Shown one piece after another: positions 39,493 to 49,419 of a stretch of DNA of 64,000 bases. The stretch lies in assembly GCA_017629245.1 (NCBI GenBank), contig JAGBXO010000003.1:65897-129896 (forward strand). Direction: 5' to 3'. Numbering within the stretch: position 1 is the stretch's first letter; every line of letters starts with the position of its first letter. The stretch comes from Alphaproteobacteria bacterium (lineage in GTDB: Bacteria; Pseudomonadota; Alphaproteobacteria; Rs-D84). The notes beneath the pieces were generated by a model. It did not search any database and had not been told where the DNA came from. It saw only the letters and a program-made list of their open reading frames with translations. The translations under genes and the position numbers were made by a program.

Positions 39493-40425
39493 ATGAAAAT
39501 TTCAATTATTGGTATTGGTTCTGTTGGTTCTGCGGTTGCAACGGCGGTTGCGAATACTGGTCTGGCACATGAAATCGTTTTGTTTGATCGTGATGGCATT
39601 CGCGCACGCGCCGCCGCCGAAGACTTGGGCCACGCCGCCGCATTTTCGTATGATATCAAGATAACTGCGGTAAATACTTATCGTGCAATTCGTGGTTCTG
39701 AAATTGTAATCATTGCCGCCGGCGCGAACCAGCGACCGGGCGAAACGCGCACAGATTTGCTGAATGCGAACGCCGCGGTAATTTCAGATGTTGTACCGCG
39801 TGTAATGGCAAATGTTGATGCCAAGATTGTAAAACTAATCATTGTCACAAACCCGCTGGATGTTATGGTTATGTTGGCGCAAAAGTTATCAAAATTGCCA
39901 CCGTCCCGCGTTATTGGTACGGGCACAATGCTGGATTCTGCGCGCCTGCGCACAATTCTGTCACGCCAGTTATCTGTATCAACCCAGTCTATTAATGCAT
40001 ATGTTCTGGGCGAACATGGCGACAGCAGTATGATTGCCTGGGGCGCAGCGTGCATTGGTGGCGTTGATTTAAACAGTTTCTGTCGTCAGACGAAAATCAG
40101 TCTGCCCCAAACCACGCGCAAGACGATTGAACATCGCGTACATAATGCGGCATACGAAATCATTCGCGGTCGTGGCGCAACATGGGACGGAATCGCGGGC
40201 GCGGTTGCCGACCTGGTGCGTTGTATTGCCAATGACGAACATCGTATTTTAACTGTGTCTGTCGTAGATGGGCTGGGGGACAAGGGGCTGTCAATGTCAC
40301 TGCCGCGTATTGTGGGTGGTTCTGGTGTTGTTGCGACCCTGATGCCAAAACTGGACGCAACAGAATCCGCCGCCCTGCGACGCAGTGGGAAAATAATTCG
40401 CAAGAATTTTGATACAATCAAATAA
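39493..40425 (+). CDS. ldh: L-lactate dehydrogenase
   Basis: MKISIIGIGSVGSAVATAV is the Rossmann fold. The LDH active-site signature GEHGDS is present. The gene appears more GC-rich than its flanks by eye. Confidence 0.75.
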   Translation: MKISIIGIGSVGSAVATAVANTGLAHEIVLFDRDGIRARAAAEDLGHAAAFSYDIKITAVNTYRAIRGSEIVIIAAGANQRPGETRTDLLNANAAVISDVVPRVMANVDAKIVKLIIVTNPLDVMVMLAQKLSKLPPSRVIGTGTMLDSARLRTILSRQLSVSTQSINAYVLGEHGDSSMIAWGAACIGGVDLNSFCRQTKISLPQTTRKTIEHRVHNAAYEIIRGRGATWDGIAGAVADLVRCIANDEHRILTVSVVDGLGDKGLSMSLPRIVGGSGVVATLMPKLDATESAALRRSGKIIRKNFDTIK

Positions 40426-40428
40426 AAA

Positions 40429-40452
40429 ATGCCCACCCGGGCATTTTTTATT
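40429..40452 (+). terminator. Rho-independent terminator after ldh
   Basis: The hairpin ATGCCCACCCGGGCAT is followed by TTTTTT. Confidence 0.6.
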
Positions 40453-40502
40453 TGGAATACAGTCGTATTTAAAAATATTTTTGCGCATGATATATTTGTT
40501 GT

Positions 40503-40805
40503 ATGTCTGATGAAATAAAGTATTTTGTATTACCAGAACGCGATGGATTCGAAGCCGTCTTTCACGGCCAACGCATTGGCGAAATAACATTTGTTCGTGT
40601 CGGCGCAGATAAATTGATAATAGATTACACCGCCGTTGCACCAGAATTTAGAAAGCGCAATGTTGGGCTAACCCTGGTTCGCAATGTTGCGAATATGGCG
40701 CGTGCTCAACATCGTCATGTAATAACCCTGTGTCCATTTGCACGTGCGATGTTCAATCGCTTTTCCGAATTTGATGACATCAGATTAATGAATGTTCATC
40801 AATAA
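40503..40805 (+). CDS. Small GNAT-family N-acetyltransferase (YjdJ-like)
   Basis: The 100 aa product contains ...YTAVAPEFRKRNVGLTLV..., a GNAT core-like block. Confidence 0.5.
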   Translation: MSDEIKYFVLPERDGFEAVFHGQRIGEITFVRVGADKLIIDYTAVAPEFRKRNVGLTLVRNVANMARAQHRHVITLCPFARAMFNRFSEFDDIRLMNVHQ

Positions 40806-40868
40806 ATCAATTGCGCTGGCTTGTGTTTTTTACTAGCATGTCTGTTGCAAAATTTATTGGGGGAAGGT

Positions 40869-42251
40869 ATGCAGAAATTATCACGCGCAACATTAATATT
40901 TTTAATATTCTTGAACGGTTATGTTAGTCTATCTTTAGAATTATCCATTCTGCGTCAGTTGTCATTTTATGTCGGGTCCAGTGCCGTTGTAACCAGTATT
41001 ATAATGGCAATATTTCTAGGGTTTATGTCACTGGGGTATTTTGTTGGCGAATCAGAACGCATAAACAATAACAGAATCAGAAATACTTTAAACGTCAGTT
41101 TTCTGATTATTGCCGCCCTGTCTGTCGTCGCGGCCAGTTTCCCATTAATCACAAATTATTTCGCATTAATGTATTCTGGTGGGCTTACATCTGGTGTGGT
41201 TCAGACATTTACTTATTCGCTGTTGTTTTTATCGGTTGGGCCATTTTTGTTTGGTTTTAATACAACATTACTGTCGCGCCAATTGCATTGTTATTCCGCA
41301 AAAAGCACCGGCTGTATCATGGCATGGGATACAATTGGGTCTGTGTTTGGCTCGATTGCAACAACATTATTGTTAATGCCATTTATGGGGGTAAATTACA
41401 CGGTTGTATTAATAACCGTCTTGTCCGTCATTGCGGGCCTGATTTTGCGTCGTCGTTGGTGGGTGTGGATTGTGTGTGCATTTGTGTTGGGGTTGTCTTT
41501 ATATATAAACAGTAATTCATATCAGAAAAATCGCCTGGGGATTTTGGTAAACAATGCAAATTCTACGATATCGGTTATTGATTATACAGATGCGCGCGTT
41601 TTGTATATGAATGGCCTGCCGATGTCTGTATATCGTCGTGACAAATCAGGCATGGCAGAATATATAGATTACCTGAATGAAAACTTTATAAACACAATGC
41701 CTGCGGATAAAAAGTATAAAATCTTGGTGCTGGGGGCAGGGGGCTTTACACTGGGGCTGAACGATACACATAACGATTATACATTCGTAGATATTGAGCG
41801 CACCCTGAAAGATGTATCTGAAAATCACTTTTTGAAACAGAAGTTAACACCAAACAAACGCTTTATTGTTGCCGATGCCAGCCAGTATTTAAAAAACACA
41901 CCCGAAATGTATGACTTTATATTGCTGGATGTGTATTCAAATTCGTACCAGGTGCCTGAATCCTTGATAACGGTTGAATTTATGCAGCGCCTGAAATCAC
42001 GCATTGCACCAAATGGGATTATTGCGTTGAATATGATTGTTTATCCAGAATTTGCAGATAAATATTCGCGCGTGTTTGATAATACTTTTCGCACGGTGTT
42101 CCCATATAACACATCGCGCCAGGTTATTGGCACCTTTTCCCCATGGCGAAACATAGATGGTGCGGCAAATGTTATCTATACATATTACAACATTGAAAAC
42201 GACGGTCGCGTTTATACGATAAATAAAACCCCGGTTATATACGACCGATAA
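40869..42251 (+). CDS. Polytopic membrane protein fused to a spermidine-synthase-like methyltransferase-fold domain
   Basis: The protein has about 7 N-terminal TM helices. The C-terminal KILVLGAGGFTLG...ILLDVYS resembles the spermidine synthase fold. The start was set at the internal Met (MQKLSRATL). Confidence 0.45.
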   Translation: MQKLSRATLIFLIFLNGYVSLSLELSILRQLSFYVGSSAVVTSIIMAIFLGFMSLGYFVGESERINNNRIRNTLNVSFLIIAALSVVAASFPLITNYFALMYSGGLTSGVVQTFTYSLLFLSVGPFLFGFNTTLLSRQLHCYSAKSTGCIMAWDTIGSVFGSIATTLLLMPFMGVNYTVVLITVLSVIAGLILRRRWWVWIVCAFVLGLSLYINSNSYQKNRLGILVNNANSTISVIDYTDARVLYMNGLPMSVYRRDKSGMAEYIDYLNENFINTMPADKKYKILVLGAGGFTLGLNDTHNDYTFVDIERTLKDVSENHFLKQKLTPNKRFIVADASQYLKNTPEMYDFILLDVYSNSYQVPESLITVEFMQRLKSRIAPNGIIALNMIVYPEFADKYSRVFDNTFRTVFPYNTSRQVIGTFSPWRNIDGAANVIYTYYNIENDGRVYTINKTPVIYDR

Positions 42252-42280
42252 AAAAAGGGGAGTGCCCCTTTTTTTTATTT
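42251..42280. terminator. Bidirectional terminator (A-run, GGGGAGTGCCCC hairpin, T-run)
   Basis: It lies between convergent genes, with an A-tract on one side and a T-tract on the other. Confidence 0.55.
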
Positions 42281-42868
42281 ACGCAGATTTTCTGCAACAA
42301 AATCCCAATTGACCAGATTGTCCAGAAAGTTATCTATAAAATCTGCCCGCTTGTTCTTATAGTCCAGATAGTATGCGTGTTCCCAGACATCCAGATTCAG
42401 CAACGGTTTCATATTATAAACTATTGGCGTGTCTGCATTTGCAGTGTTAATAATTTTCAGCCTGTCACCATCACGAACCAGCCATGTATATCCACTGCCA
42501 AACAGACTGGTTGCGGCGGACTTAAATTGTTCCTTAAAGTCTTCTTCGCTGCCAAATGCTGCGATTATTTCCACAGGCATTTGTGTTTCGCATTTTGGAC
42601 ACATTCCCTGAAAGAAAAAGTTATGGTTATAAATTTGCGCGGCGTTATCAAAAATCTTTTTTTCTGATGTCTTGCCCGCAGATTGCACAATAATTTCATC
42701 CAGTGATATTTCTTCGTACGGCGTATTTTCAATTAATTTATTCAGATTGTCTATATATGTCGCCACATGTTTGCCATGATGTGTTTCCAGTGTTTCTTGG
42801 GAAATATATGGCGCCAACGCGTCCGTCGCATATGGCAGTGGGAATTGTGTTATTGTGAACATTTGCAA
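42275..42868 (-). CDS. sodB: Fe/Mn superoxide dismutase
   Basis: The N-terminus FTITQFPLPYATDALAPYISQETLETHHGKHVATYIDNLN fits the family, as does the DVWEHAYYLDYKNKRADF metal-binding region. The product is 197 aa. Confidence 0.85.
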   Translation of the reverse strand: MQMFTITQFPLPYATDALAPYISQETLETHHGKHVATYIDNLNKLIENTPYEEISLDEIIVQSAGKTSEKKIFDNAAQIYNHNFFFQGMCPKCETQMPVEIIAAFGSEEDFKEQFKSAATSLFGSGYTWLVRDGDRLKIINTANADTPIVYNMKPLLNLDVWEHAYYLDYKNKRADFIDNFLDNLVNWDFVAENLRK

Positions 42869-42994
42869 TATCTCCTTTGCCTAAATTTTGCGTCAGCCTT
42901 ATACAAATATCAACAGGAATAAATTTTTTTATATAAAAGCACTTGCGCCCCCATTAAAATATTTTCTATAATCAAACCACGAAAGGAGTCTTAA

Positions 42995-43591
42995 ATGAAA
43001 AAATTATCAATATTATCTGCAATTTTTGGTTTATCATTTATCGGTGCAGCATCTGCGGCAAATATCACAATTTATCATTCGCCACATTGCCCGCATTGCC
43101 ATCATGCACGTGAATTTATTTCCAGTACATTGATTTATGAATACCCAGAATTGACCGTGACAGAAGTTAATGTTATGGAACCTGCAAACCAGGAACAATT
43201 CCAGGCCGCGTTAAAGAAATGTGAATTTGAATCTGGTGGTGTGCCAGTATTGGTAATTGGTGACAAATGTGAACAGGGCTATGCCGATTTTATGCAAGAT
43301 AGCCTGCGTCAGCATATCGAAGCAGACATGACAGATGAACAAAAGGCAGTCGCAGCTGAAAATAAAAAAGCAATGGCTGCTGATGCAGAAAAATTCAAAT
43401 CAGAACACGCAGACCGCATCAAAGCGATTTCTGAATTCTCGGTCGCTGCAGAAACTGCGCAGCAGCCTGTTGCAGAATCTGAAAAAAAAAATAGCCCTCA
43501 GGGCAGTACCGTTTGGTTCTGGGCGTTGTTGATTGTCTTGGTTGCAGGGCTGGGGTATGTTCTGGCGCGTGGTGACAACAAAAAGAAATAA
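42995..43591 (+). CDS. Exported thioredoxin-fold thiol:disulfide oxidoreductase with a C-terminal membrane anchor
   Basis: There is a signal peptide, a CPHC active-site motif (DsbA-like), GVPVLVIGDKC (cis-Pro region) and a C-terminal hydrophobic helix. Confidence 0.5.
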   Translation: MKKLSILSAIFGLSFIGAASAANITIYHSPHCPHCHHAREFISSTLIYEYPELTVTEVNVMEPANQEQFQAALKKCEFESGGVPVLVIGDKCEQGYADFMQDSLRQHIEADMTDEQKAVAAENKKAMAADAEKFKSEHADRIKAISEFSVAAETAQQPVAESEKKNSPQGSTVWFWALLIVLVAGLGYVLARGDNKKK

Positions 43592-43609
43592 TTATAAATC
43601 GGAATCGAT

Positions 43610-44356
43610 ATGTTTGATTTAACGATACTTGATTATATCTATGTAGGTGTCATTTTAGCATCTACAATATGGGCGACAATTCGTGGCGGTGTGTTTGAAA
43701 CCATTGCCACATTGTCGTGGGTTGTGGCGGCAATATCAGCGCGCTTTGCATCCCCTTGGCTGGATAAATTATTTCAGTCTTGGTTTGATTTGTCTGAATC
43801 AACTGTTGGTACATTGGTTGCGTCATACTTTATTGTGTTTTTTGCAGTGTTGATTTTGGTCGGGTTTGTAAATCAAAAGTTGCGCGATAAAATTCAAGAC
43901 AGCATAATGAATGTCACCGACAGAACATTGGGGGTAATATTTGGTATTATTCGTGGTGTTGTTGTTATGGGGGGCTTTTATTGGGGGGCATTATGGTATT
44001 ATTCTGATATGCCACATCTGCCACAATGGCTGTCCCAGGCGCGTACACGCCCAATTATGCAAATAACCGCGGTGAAATTGGACGAATGGTTCTTCCCTGG
44101 GCCTGAAAACAAATTGCTGGCGCGCGATATGGCAGGTACACGCCAGGCGATTGAGATCTATAATAACCTGATAAATCCCGCAATAGTATCGCATGCCAAG
44201 CAGACAGAAAAACAAGGCGAAACTGAAACCGGTTATAAATCGTCTGAACGTGCAGCACTAGAAAACCAATTGTTGCAAATTGAAACGGTTGCCCGCGTGG
44301 TAGAAGAACACGAATCTGCCGAACCTGATGACGCAGACGCGTCCGCGGATGAATAA
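43610..44356 (+). CDS. cvpA: CvpA-family membrane protein (colicin V production protein homolog)
   Basis: The N-terminus is MFDLTILDYIYVGVILASTIWATIRG. The protein has 4 TM helices and a length typical of CvpA. Confidence 0.65.
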   Translation: MFDLTILDYIYVGVILASTIWATIRGGVFETIATLSWVVAAISARFASPWLDKLFQSWFDLSESTVGTLVASYFIVFFAVLILVGFVNQKLRDKIQDSIMNVTDRTLGVIFGIIRGVVVMGGFYWGALWYYSDMPHLPQWLSQARTRPIMQITAVKLDEWFFPGPENKLLARDMAGTRQAIEIYNNLINPAIVSHAKQTEKQGETETGYKSSERAALENQLLQIETVARVVEEHESAEPDDADASADE

Positions 44357-44362
44357 TTTTTG

Positions 44363-44388
44363 CCCCGCAATTGCGGGGTGTTTTTTTA
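44363..44388 (+). terminator. Rho-independent terminator after cvpA
   Basis: The hairpin CCCCGCAATTGCGGGG is followed by T7. Confidence 0.65.
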
Positions 44389-44462
44389 TCGGAATTCATA
44401 CCTGCTGACATATATAGCCTTTTTAGTTATTATAATTGCGTATACTTTAACGGAGAGAGCCT

Positions 44463-44963
44463 ATGTTGTTACGTTCAAAAATATGTTTTACTGTCTTGGC
44501 CATTTATGAAATGGTCGCGGTATCCATGCTGCATTTTCAGCGTGTATGTGATGCGATATTTACGCCCATCTTTTGTGATGGTTGGTATCGTTATTTCTTG
44601 TTTTGTGTGATTGTTCCACTGCTTATCGGATTGATATTGATGTGGATACGCGAAATTGTTCGTGCGCATCGTCGTCGCAAATTCTTTCGTCGTGCTCGCA
44701 ATACGGTACGCAGTGTCATTTCAACAATCCGTGGTCGTGTGTCCGAAAATATAGATATGCGCGACATGGAAAAGATTGTGACAGCTGCTGTTCTGGTTGG
44801 AATTAAGCGCTATGCAGACAATCATCCAAACCTGCGTCGCAATGTAAATCGCATTATGGATATTGCCAATGGTGATGCTGAAATAGATATTATGGCAACC
44901 GATGAAGAGCAGACCGTACCATCGCACCCTAAGAAAGCGATTAAGAAAAAATTGAAAAAATAA
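44463..44963 (+). CDS. Hypothetical membrane-anchored basic protein (166 aa)
   Basis: The ORF has hydrophobic N-terminal helices and an Arg/Lys-rich segment. A terminator follows at 44984-45009. Confidence 0.4.
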   Translation: MLLRSKICFTVLAIYEMVAVSMLHFQRVCDAIFTPIFCDGWYRYFLFCVIVPLLIGLILMWIREIVRAHRRRKFFRRARNTVRSVISTIRGRVSENIDMRDMEKIVTAAVLVGIKRYADNHPNLRRNVNRIMDIANGDAEIDIMATDEEQTVPSHPKKAIKKKLKK

Positions 44964-44983
44964 GTTTCCTTTCTCACGCCCCA

Positions 44984-45009
44984 CACCGCCCAAACGGGCG
45001 GTGTTTTCT
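44984..45009. terminator. Bidirectional terminator of the ACCGCCC-N4-GGGCGGT family
   Basis: The hairpin CACCGCCCAAACGGGCGGTG is followed by TTTTCT. It separates convergent genes. Confidence 0.6.
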
Positions 45010-45469
45010 ATAACTGCCGAACTAAATCAAAGATGGTAAGTTTTGAAATCACGGCGTTCGGATTATTTAATTTGCTGTTCCTTATCTGGTCAAACGCAGG
45101 TCGCGCCAACCCCAGGAACTGCAATTTGCCATTGTTATATCGTCCTGATTCGAATGTTTTTGTGTCGGCGTTATACCAATGTGTGGTATTCATACCACTC
45201 AACGGTGTTCCGATTATGTTGTAATAATATCTGTTGCCATCATGCCATTGTGTATCGGACCATAATTTTAATATGTCACCCAGTCTTATTTTATACATCC
45301 CGACATACAGTCCGCCGACATACAGTCCTGGTATTTGAATGTTGCTAAATTCTGGCGTGCCCCAGATTTTATTACGGTTGGTATTTATCAGATTCAGATT
45401 TTCAAATAAGCATGAATTTGCACCTTTATCAGTGGTTGGTGCCACCACCACATGTTTTAATGTTGACAT
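45008..45469 (-). CDS. Hypothetical protein (153 aa)
   Basis: The start was set at MSTLKHVV, which has a strong RBS (AAGGAG) 8 nt upstream. The ORF extends further 5'. No recognisable domain was found. Confidence 0.4.
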   Translation of the reverse strand: MSTLKHVVVAPTTDKGANSCLFENLNLINTNRNKIWGTPEFSNIQIPGLYVGGLYVGMYKIRLGDILKLWSDTQWHDGNRYYYNIIGTPLSGMNTTHWYNADTKTFESGRYNNGKLQFLGLARPAFDQIRNSKLNNPNAVISKLTIFDLVRQL

Positions 45470-45573
45470 AAAATACTCCTTTTTTAGTCCATTAACGCAG
45501 GACAAGTTAGGATTTAAATCCGCGGTCGTTGCAACACTATTGTTACAATACATTTTTATACTATAGCTAAAAT

Positions 45574-45611
45574 GAAAAAAAATCAAATAAAAACGCACCG
45601 ATCGGTGCGTT
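45574..45611 (-). terminator. Rho-independent terminator after the 45620-46705 gene
   Basis: On the minus strand the hairpin AACGCACCGATCGGTGCGTT is followed by a T-rich run. Confidence 0.55.
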
Positions 45612-45619
45612 GGTTTTAA

Positions 45620-46705
45620 TTATTTGCCTCTTTCTTGTTCAATATGCTCTATTAATTGGCGCATATTGTTAATACCACTGCTGCCAATACCGATGCGCAG
45701 TCTTTTTGCAGCGTCTATCATTTGTTTGTTGTACTTTCTTTCTTGTTTCAGTTTTTCTGATTTTATTTCATTAGTCTTTGTTTGCTTTTCTATTTCTGCC
45801 TGCGCCTGTTCCAGTGCGTGTGTTGTCTGTGACAGTTTCTTGGATGTGGCGTTTAATTCCTTTTGTTGTTCTTCAACCTGAGATGTCAGTTCTACTATTT
45901 TCAGGCTTGCAGATTCTTCAACTGTTTCCAGGTATTTTGCTAAATCTTCTTCGCCATAATCTGGTGTTGTGTCATATATTTTCTGTATCTGATTGAACAG
46001 TTGTTCATCAATGTATTTTGCAGCCCCATACAATATATCTTTTCCGTTCTTAACTTTTTGTATGTCGGGTAATCTTTTTTTGCTTTCTTCTTTGATAATT
46101 TCTTTTACTTTTTTCTCCAGTGCGGAAAACAGCTTTTTTACTGTCGGGTCATCCTTGGGCAGTGCCATTATCGCCTGATAAAAATCGTATGGTACCACAT
46201 TAGGATTTTTAATTATTTTTGCCCATATTCCTTTTTTTATTGCGACTGTAAGTTCATTCGAGAATCTTGAAACCAAGAAACGTAAAGAGTCGTACTTAAC
46301 TTTTTCATCTTTTATATCACTGTCAATCAGTTTCAGAAAAGTGTTCAGCATTTCGATTGGCTTAACAGGGGCGTATTGAATATTTGCCATTGTTGAATCT
46401 ATGCACAATCTAGTCCCTATAATAATCTGTGCGCTTTCCAGGAAACTTCTGGCTTCTGGGTTATTTTGGTTTTTCTTGGCGTGTTGAATTTGTTTAAATA
46501 TTTCATCTAATTTTTTATCTGCTTCACTGTACTGGTTTTGTATCGTATATGCTGTATCTAGTTCATGTTGATTTAATATTGTGCCGGTCATTATATTATA
46601 CACTGTACCCAGTTCTTTGTTGCGTCCCATTCTATCTGTCGCCCGTCGGTTTAATAAAAATCCGGCCAATTCCTCCATCGTCATATATGATTTTTTTTCT
46701 GCCAT
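45620..46705 (-). CDS. Hypothetical protein with a long C-terminal coiled coil (361 aa)
   Basis: An RBS (AGGGAGAAA) precedes the ATG. The C-terminal ~90 aa contain heptad-rich Glu/Lys/Gln sequence. No known domain was recognised. Confidence 0.5.
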   Translation of the reverse strand: MAEKKSYMTMEELAGFLLNRRATDRMGRNKELGTVYNIMTGTILNQHELDTAYTIQNQYSEADKKLDEIFKQIQHAKKNQNNPEARSFLESAQIIIGTRLCIDSTMANIQYAPVKPIEMLNTFLKLIDSDIKDEKVKYDSLRFLVSRFSNELTVAIKKGIWAKIIKNPNVVPYDFYQAIMALPKDDPTVKKLFSALEKKVKEIIKEESKKRLPDIQKVKNGKDILYGAAKYIDEQLFNQIQKIYDTTPDYGEEDLAKYLETVEESASLKIVELTSQVEEQQKELNATSKKLSQTTHALEQAQAEIEKQTKTNEIKSEKLKQERKYNKQMIDAAKRLRIGIGSSGINNMRQLIEHIEQERGK

Positions 46706-46796
46706 ATTTTGTTTCTCCCTTTTTATTGTCTTGCTATGAATTGTAGCATAATTCAGGCGTTATTCCAAATAAATACCGCCCAGTCGGGCGGTGGGG

Positions 46797-47819
46797 TTAT
46801 TTTGCTTTTTCTATCCGTTTAATAATTACTTGATTTTGCAGCAGGCTTGCCTTTATCATTTGCTGTACGGCGGATGTATGTGATTCTGTATCGTTCAGTT
46901 TTGTTATAACATGATTTTGTAGTTCATAAACTCGTTTCATACTATCCAGTACATTATTCTTTGGCTGTGCCTTTGGCAACAGGGTTATTTTATCGTCTGG
47001 CTTCATATATTGAATTGCGTTACCGTTTTTTTGAACAAATATTCCGCCCAATCCTTTGTTGATATCATAGCAATGTTGTTGAACATATGGTACATCATAG
47101 AACGGGTTAGGTGTATATTGTTTAAAGATTGGTTGATATAAAACGGTCTTGTTTGTGCCATCAATATTCATAACAACTGGATGTACGGTCCTATTTATGC
47201 CTTTGGTCAGTGTGGCGGTTGCGCCACGATATCCAGTTGATGTTAATTTTGATAATCTGGGAAAGCCCAGTTTCCCACTAACCAAGCCATCGGTTGATGC
47301 ATTTGTGATTAAAATATCATTGAACCATACCTGGAACACGCATGGAGAATACAAAAATATATTTGTGTCATTTCCGACCAGTCCTAAACCATTGCCCATG
47401 TCTTTTACTCGTTCGATAATCAGCATACGGTCTTTGGCGCCAACGCGATCGTTTATATAAAAATTAGGATCCATTAAATCCAGTTTCTTCTGCAGTGTCA
47501 ACTGTCCCAACCATAATCCTACGCGCAACTTATCAAACCAGTCCATTAATGTGCTGATTTCTTGACCTGTCACAGATTTAGAATTCATCAGTTTTTCAAC
47601 CACAGCCTTGGCTTCACCTTCCAGTTTTGAATCTGCGTCATTGCATGCTTTACATGCCGGGAAGGTAAGTTTAGCAAATGTTATCTCATAATCTGTTGCG
47701 CCTGGTACGGTGCATACAGAATTATAGCGCCCCAGGTATTTGCTTAACCATTGTGGTATAACGTGTTCTTTGTTTTTTTGCTGCGGCTTGTTACCGCAAA
47801 AAATACACTTTTGTGCCAT
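46797..47819 (-). CDS. HNH-endonuclease-domain protein with an uncharacterised C-terminal domain
   Basis: The N-terminal CIFCGNK...KEHVIPQWLSKYLG...FPACKACND is the CxxC...EH(V)IP...CxxCN HNH/zinc-finger nuclease signature. The product is 340 aa. Confidence 0.5.
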   Translation of the reverse strand: MAQKCIFCGNKPQQKNKEHVIPQWLSKYLGRYNSVCTVPGATDYEITFAKLTFPACKACNDADSKLEGEAKAVVEKLMNSKSVTGQEISTLMDWFDKLRVGLWLGQLTLQKKLDLMDPNFYINDRVGAKDRMLIIERVKDMGNGLGLVGNDTNIFLYSPCVFQVWFNDILITNASTDGLVSGKLGFPRLSKLTSTGYRGATATLTKGINRTVHPVVMNIDGTNKTVLYQPIFKQYTPNPFYDVPYVQQHCYDINKGLGGIFVQKNGNAIQYMKPDDKITLLPKAQPKNNVLDSMKRVYELQNHVITKLNDTESHTSAVQQMIKASLLQNQVIIKRIEKAK

Positions 47820-47982
47820 AAAAAATCCTTTTAAAATATAAGTATATTATAGTTGACAAAATTCATTTTTCAACAACAAAAAATAGCTGAGTTATTACGG
47901 TTGTTGCTCTTTATATGTGTCAAAGACAGGGCGGCAATATGTATCTGTATAGTCGTTTCCAATCTGCTTTGTAAGTTTTTTA

Positions 47983-48888
47983 TTATTCAAACATTTCCAG
48001 TGGAATATCATATTCCTTGCAAAATTCATAAAAGAATTCAAGGAACGCTTGAACTTTTGGAGTTTTTACGGTCAGTGGATTCCCAATTCCCGTTAAAATA
48101 TACTCATAATCAAAATCGATGTTTGGAACCTCTACCAAGCGTTCATTTCGCATGGTGCACCATTCTGGCATCAAAGATATCCCTGCGCCATCAGATACCA
48201 ACTGATACAAAATAGAAGCAGAATCTGCTGTAACATTCAATCTTTTTGCTTTCTTTAATATAAAATTACATTCCGGCAGATGTAAAAATTTTTGACGAAT
48301 ACATAAATCAAAGTTCTCTAGCATGTCGGCCATATCGTGTGGTGTGCCGTGTTTGTTTAAATATTCGCGTGTTGTATAGAATTTAGTTTTTGTTTTAAAT
48401 TTGAATAATGAAACAGACCCCGGGATCTTTGACAAAGAGCGTATATCTATAATAGAAATATCCGGATTTGACATGTTCATATGGTGGTTGGTTAGAATGT
48501 CTAAACGAATTTTAGGATGTTTTGCATATAATTTATTTAACTCGGTAAATAATTTGCTGCCTGCAAAACCTTCTTCCGTCCAAATAGAAATGTGGCCCGT
48601 CAGTTCATCTGGTCCCGTAATATTATGTAGAATATTATCAAGTGCATTTGATATATTTTCAATATCTGCATATAATTGACGTGTTGTATTGGTTGGTACA
48701 CTGCCTGCGGAACTGCGTATCAACAATCGTGCTTTAAACCTGGATTCCAAATCTGAAATCATTTTTGACATATTAGAATGTTTTATGCCATTACGTTCGG
48801 CCGCTGCCTGAATTTGCCCCAAATCAATAACTTCCTTTAATGCTAACAACTCGCGTAAAAAAGCAATTTTTGTTTTAATAGTTGGCAT
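47983..48888 (-). CDS. LysR-family transcriptional regulator
   Basis: An N-terminal HTH-like segment (IAFLRELLALKEVIDLGQIQAAAERNGIKHSNMSKMISDLE) is followed by a roughly 200 aa effector-binding-like domain. The start was set at MPTIKTK. Confidence 0.55.
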   Translation of the reverse strand: MPTIKTKIAFLRELLALKEVIDLGQIQAAAERNGIKHSNMSKMISDLESRFKARLLIRSSAGSVPTNTTRQLYADIENISNALDNILHNITGPDELTGHISIWTEEGFAGSKLFTELNKLYAKHPKIRLDILTNHHMNMSNPDISIIDIRSLSKIPGSVSLFKFKTKTKFYTTREYLNKHGTPHDMADMLENFDLCIRQKFLHLPECNFILKKAKRLNVTADSASILYQLVSDGAGISLMPEWCTMRNERLVEVPNIDFDYEYILTGIGNPLTVKTPKVQAFLEFFYEFCKEYDIPLEMFE

Positions 48889-49140
48889 AATCTTCCTTTT
48901 TTGACAATGTTTCCCCAGGATACACCAGGAAAAAGTTCTAAACAATAGTTATTTTTATAGGAAAAAATATGTAAAAATCCGATCGTTTTTTTGTGAAAAA
49001 TCCTTGAAAAGTATAGTTTTGATGTCTTTCCAGTCCCTTTTTTATACATTGCCTGGCGTAAAAAGAGTATAAAACAAAACATAAAAACCTAGTCTATAAT
49101 TCCTTCGTGTCCAACAACAAATGAAACAAGGAGTTTTTAA

Positions 49141-49395
49141 ATGACACACGCAGATGTTTGGTTCGCTATTGATTCGTTCGCTAAAGATCACAATGTATCC
49201 TGTTCGGGACTTGCAAGACGTAGCGGATTAGACGCAACAACGTTTAATAAAAGTAAACGTTATTCAAAATATGGACAGCCTCGTTGGCCATCTACCAACA
49301 GTATTGCAAAGATATTGGAAAGTACTGGTGCTTCTCTTTATGACTTTACAAAATATTTTTCAACACCTTCATCTTCAGCGCAACAAGCGATATAA
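49141..49395 (+). CDS. CI/LexA-repressor-like HTH protein (N-terminal DNA-binding domain only; no S24 peptidase domain)
   Basis: VWFAIDSFAKDHNVSCSGLARRSGLDATTFNKSKRYSKYGQPRWPSTNSIAKILESTGASLYDF matches the N-domain of alphaproteobacterial phage-repressor/S24 family proteins. The ORF ends after 84 aa. Confidence 0.5.
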   Translation: MTHADVWFAIDSFAKDHNVSCSGLARRSGLDATTFNKSKRYSKYGQPRWPSTNSIAKILESTGASLYDFTKYFSTPSSSAQQAI

Positions 49396-49419
49396 TAATG
49401 CAGATAAAACAAATAAATC

